Below, one piece after another: positions 63,401 to 64,000 of a stretch of 64,000 nucleotides of DNA (the first letter of the stretch is position 1; each line of letters opens with the position of its first letter). Location of the stretch: positions 65,846,001 through 65,910,000 of the forward strand of contig NC_086097.1 in NCBI RefSeq assembly GCF_963921235.1. The letters are read 5' to 3'. Source of the DNA: Mobula hypostoma. Its lineage: Eukaryota. Made by a program: the position numbers and the translations under genes. Below the pieces are notes generated by a model. That model did not search any database, was not told the DNA's origin, and saw nothing but the letters and a program-made list of their open reading frames with translations.

Positions 63401-64000
63401 TAGAACATAGAAACATAGAAAACCTACAGCACAATACAGGCCCTTCGGCCCACAAAGCTGTGCCAAGCATGTCCTTACCTTAGAACTACCTAGGCTTACC
63501 CATAGCCCTCTATTTTTCTAAGCTCCATGTGCCTATCCAGGAGTCTCTTAAAAGACCCTATTGCTTCCGCCTCCACCAGCGCCCGGCAGCCCATTCCACG
63601 CACTCACCACTCTCTGCAAAAAAAAACTTACCCCTGACATCTCCTCTGTACCTACTTCCAAGCACCTCAAAACTATGCCCTCTCATGCTAGCCATTTCAG
63701 CCCTGGGAAAAAGCCTCTGACTATCCACATGATCAATGCCTCTCGTCATCTTGTACACCTCTGTCAGGTCACCTCTCATCCTCCCATCACTCCAAGGAGA
63801 AAAGGCCGAGTTCACTCAACCTATTCTTATAAGGCATGCTCCCTAATCCAGGCAACATCCTTGTGAATCTACTCTGCACCCTTTATATAGTTTCCACATC
63901 CTTTCTGTAGTGAGGTAACTAGAACTGAGCACAGTATTCCAAGTGGGGTCTGACCAGGGTCCTACATAGCTGAAAAATTAACTCTTGGCTCTTAAACTCA
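63401..64000 (-). mobile_element. CR1 3' end continuing beyond the window
   Basis: tagaacatagaaacatagaaa tail and RMRGDLTEVYKM. Same family as 26944-27330. Confidence 0.85.

Noticed and set aside
1..64000. CRISPR arrays, rRNA, tRNA or prokaryotic operons
   Set aside because: None seen; the short repeats are LINE tails and the sequence is vertebrate intronic DNA.

Overview
This is eukaryotic, repeat-dense vertebrate DNA. The repeat repertoire suggests a cartilaginous fish, probably a ray (inference). The window looks intronic except for one 108-bp coding exon (49839-49946) that matches MIPOL1. The rest is mostly nested transposable elements. A young Neptune-type Penelope-like retroelement (PLE; RT + GIY-YIG) occurs as a head-to-tail tandem (1-5502) and as a 1.25-kb palindromic insertion (50979-52229), and each of its 3' ends carries an intact minimal hammerhead ribozyme. 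Older PLE copies are also present. Other elements are many CR1 LINEs (one nearly intact, one 5'-inverted), a full-length decayed L1 with an 11-bp TSD, Rex1/Babar-like LINE fragments, two Gypsy (Mag-like) LTR elements, and Chapaev3, Tc1 and Harbinger-type relics. Two observations stand out. (1) The second LTR element has its RT/RNaseH/integrase replaced by an intronless ~540-bp piece of host RBM25 mRNA. (2) Ribozyme-tipped PLEs recur in a 'two 3' ends facing outward' insertion architecture. All calls were made by eye and from recalled protein motifs; no searches were run, and boundaries of old repeats are approximate.
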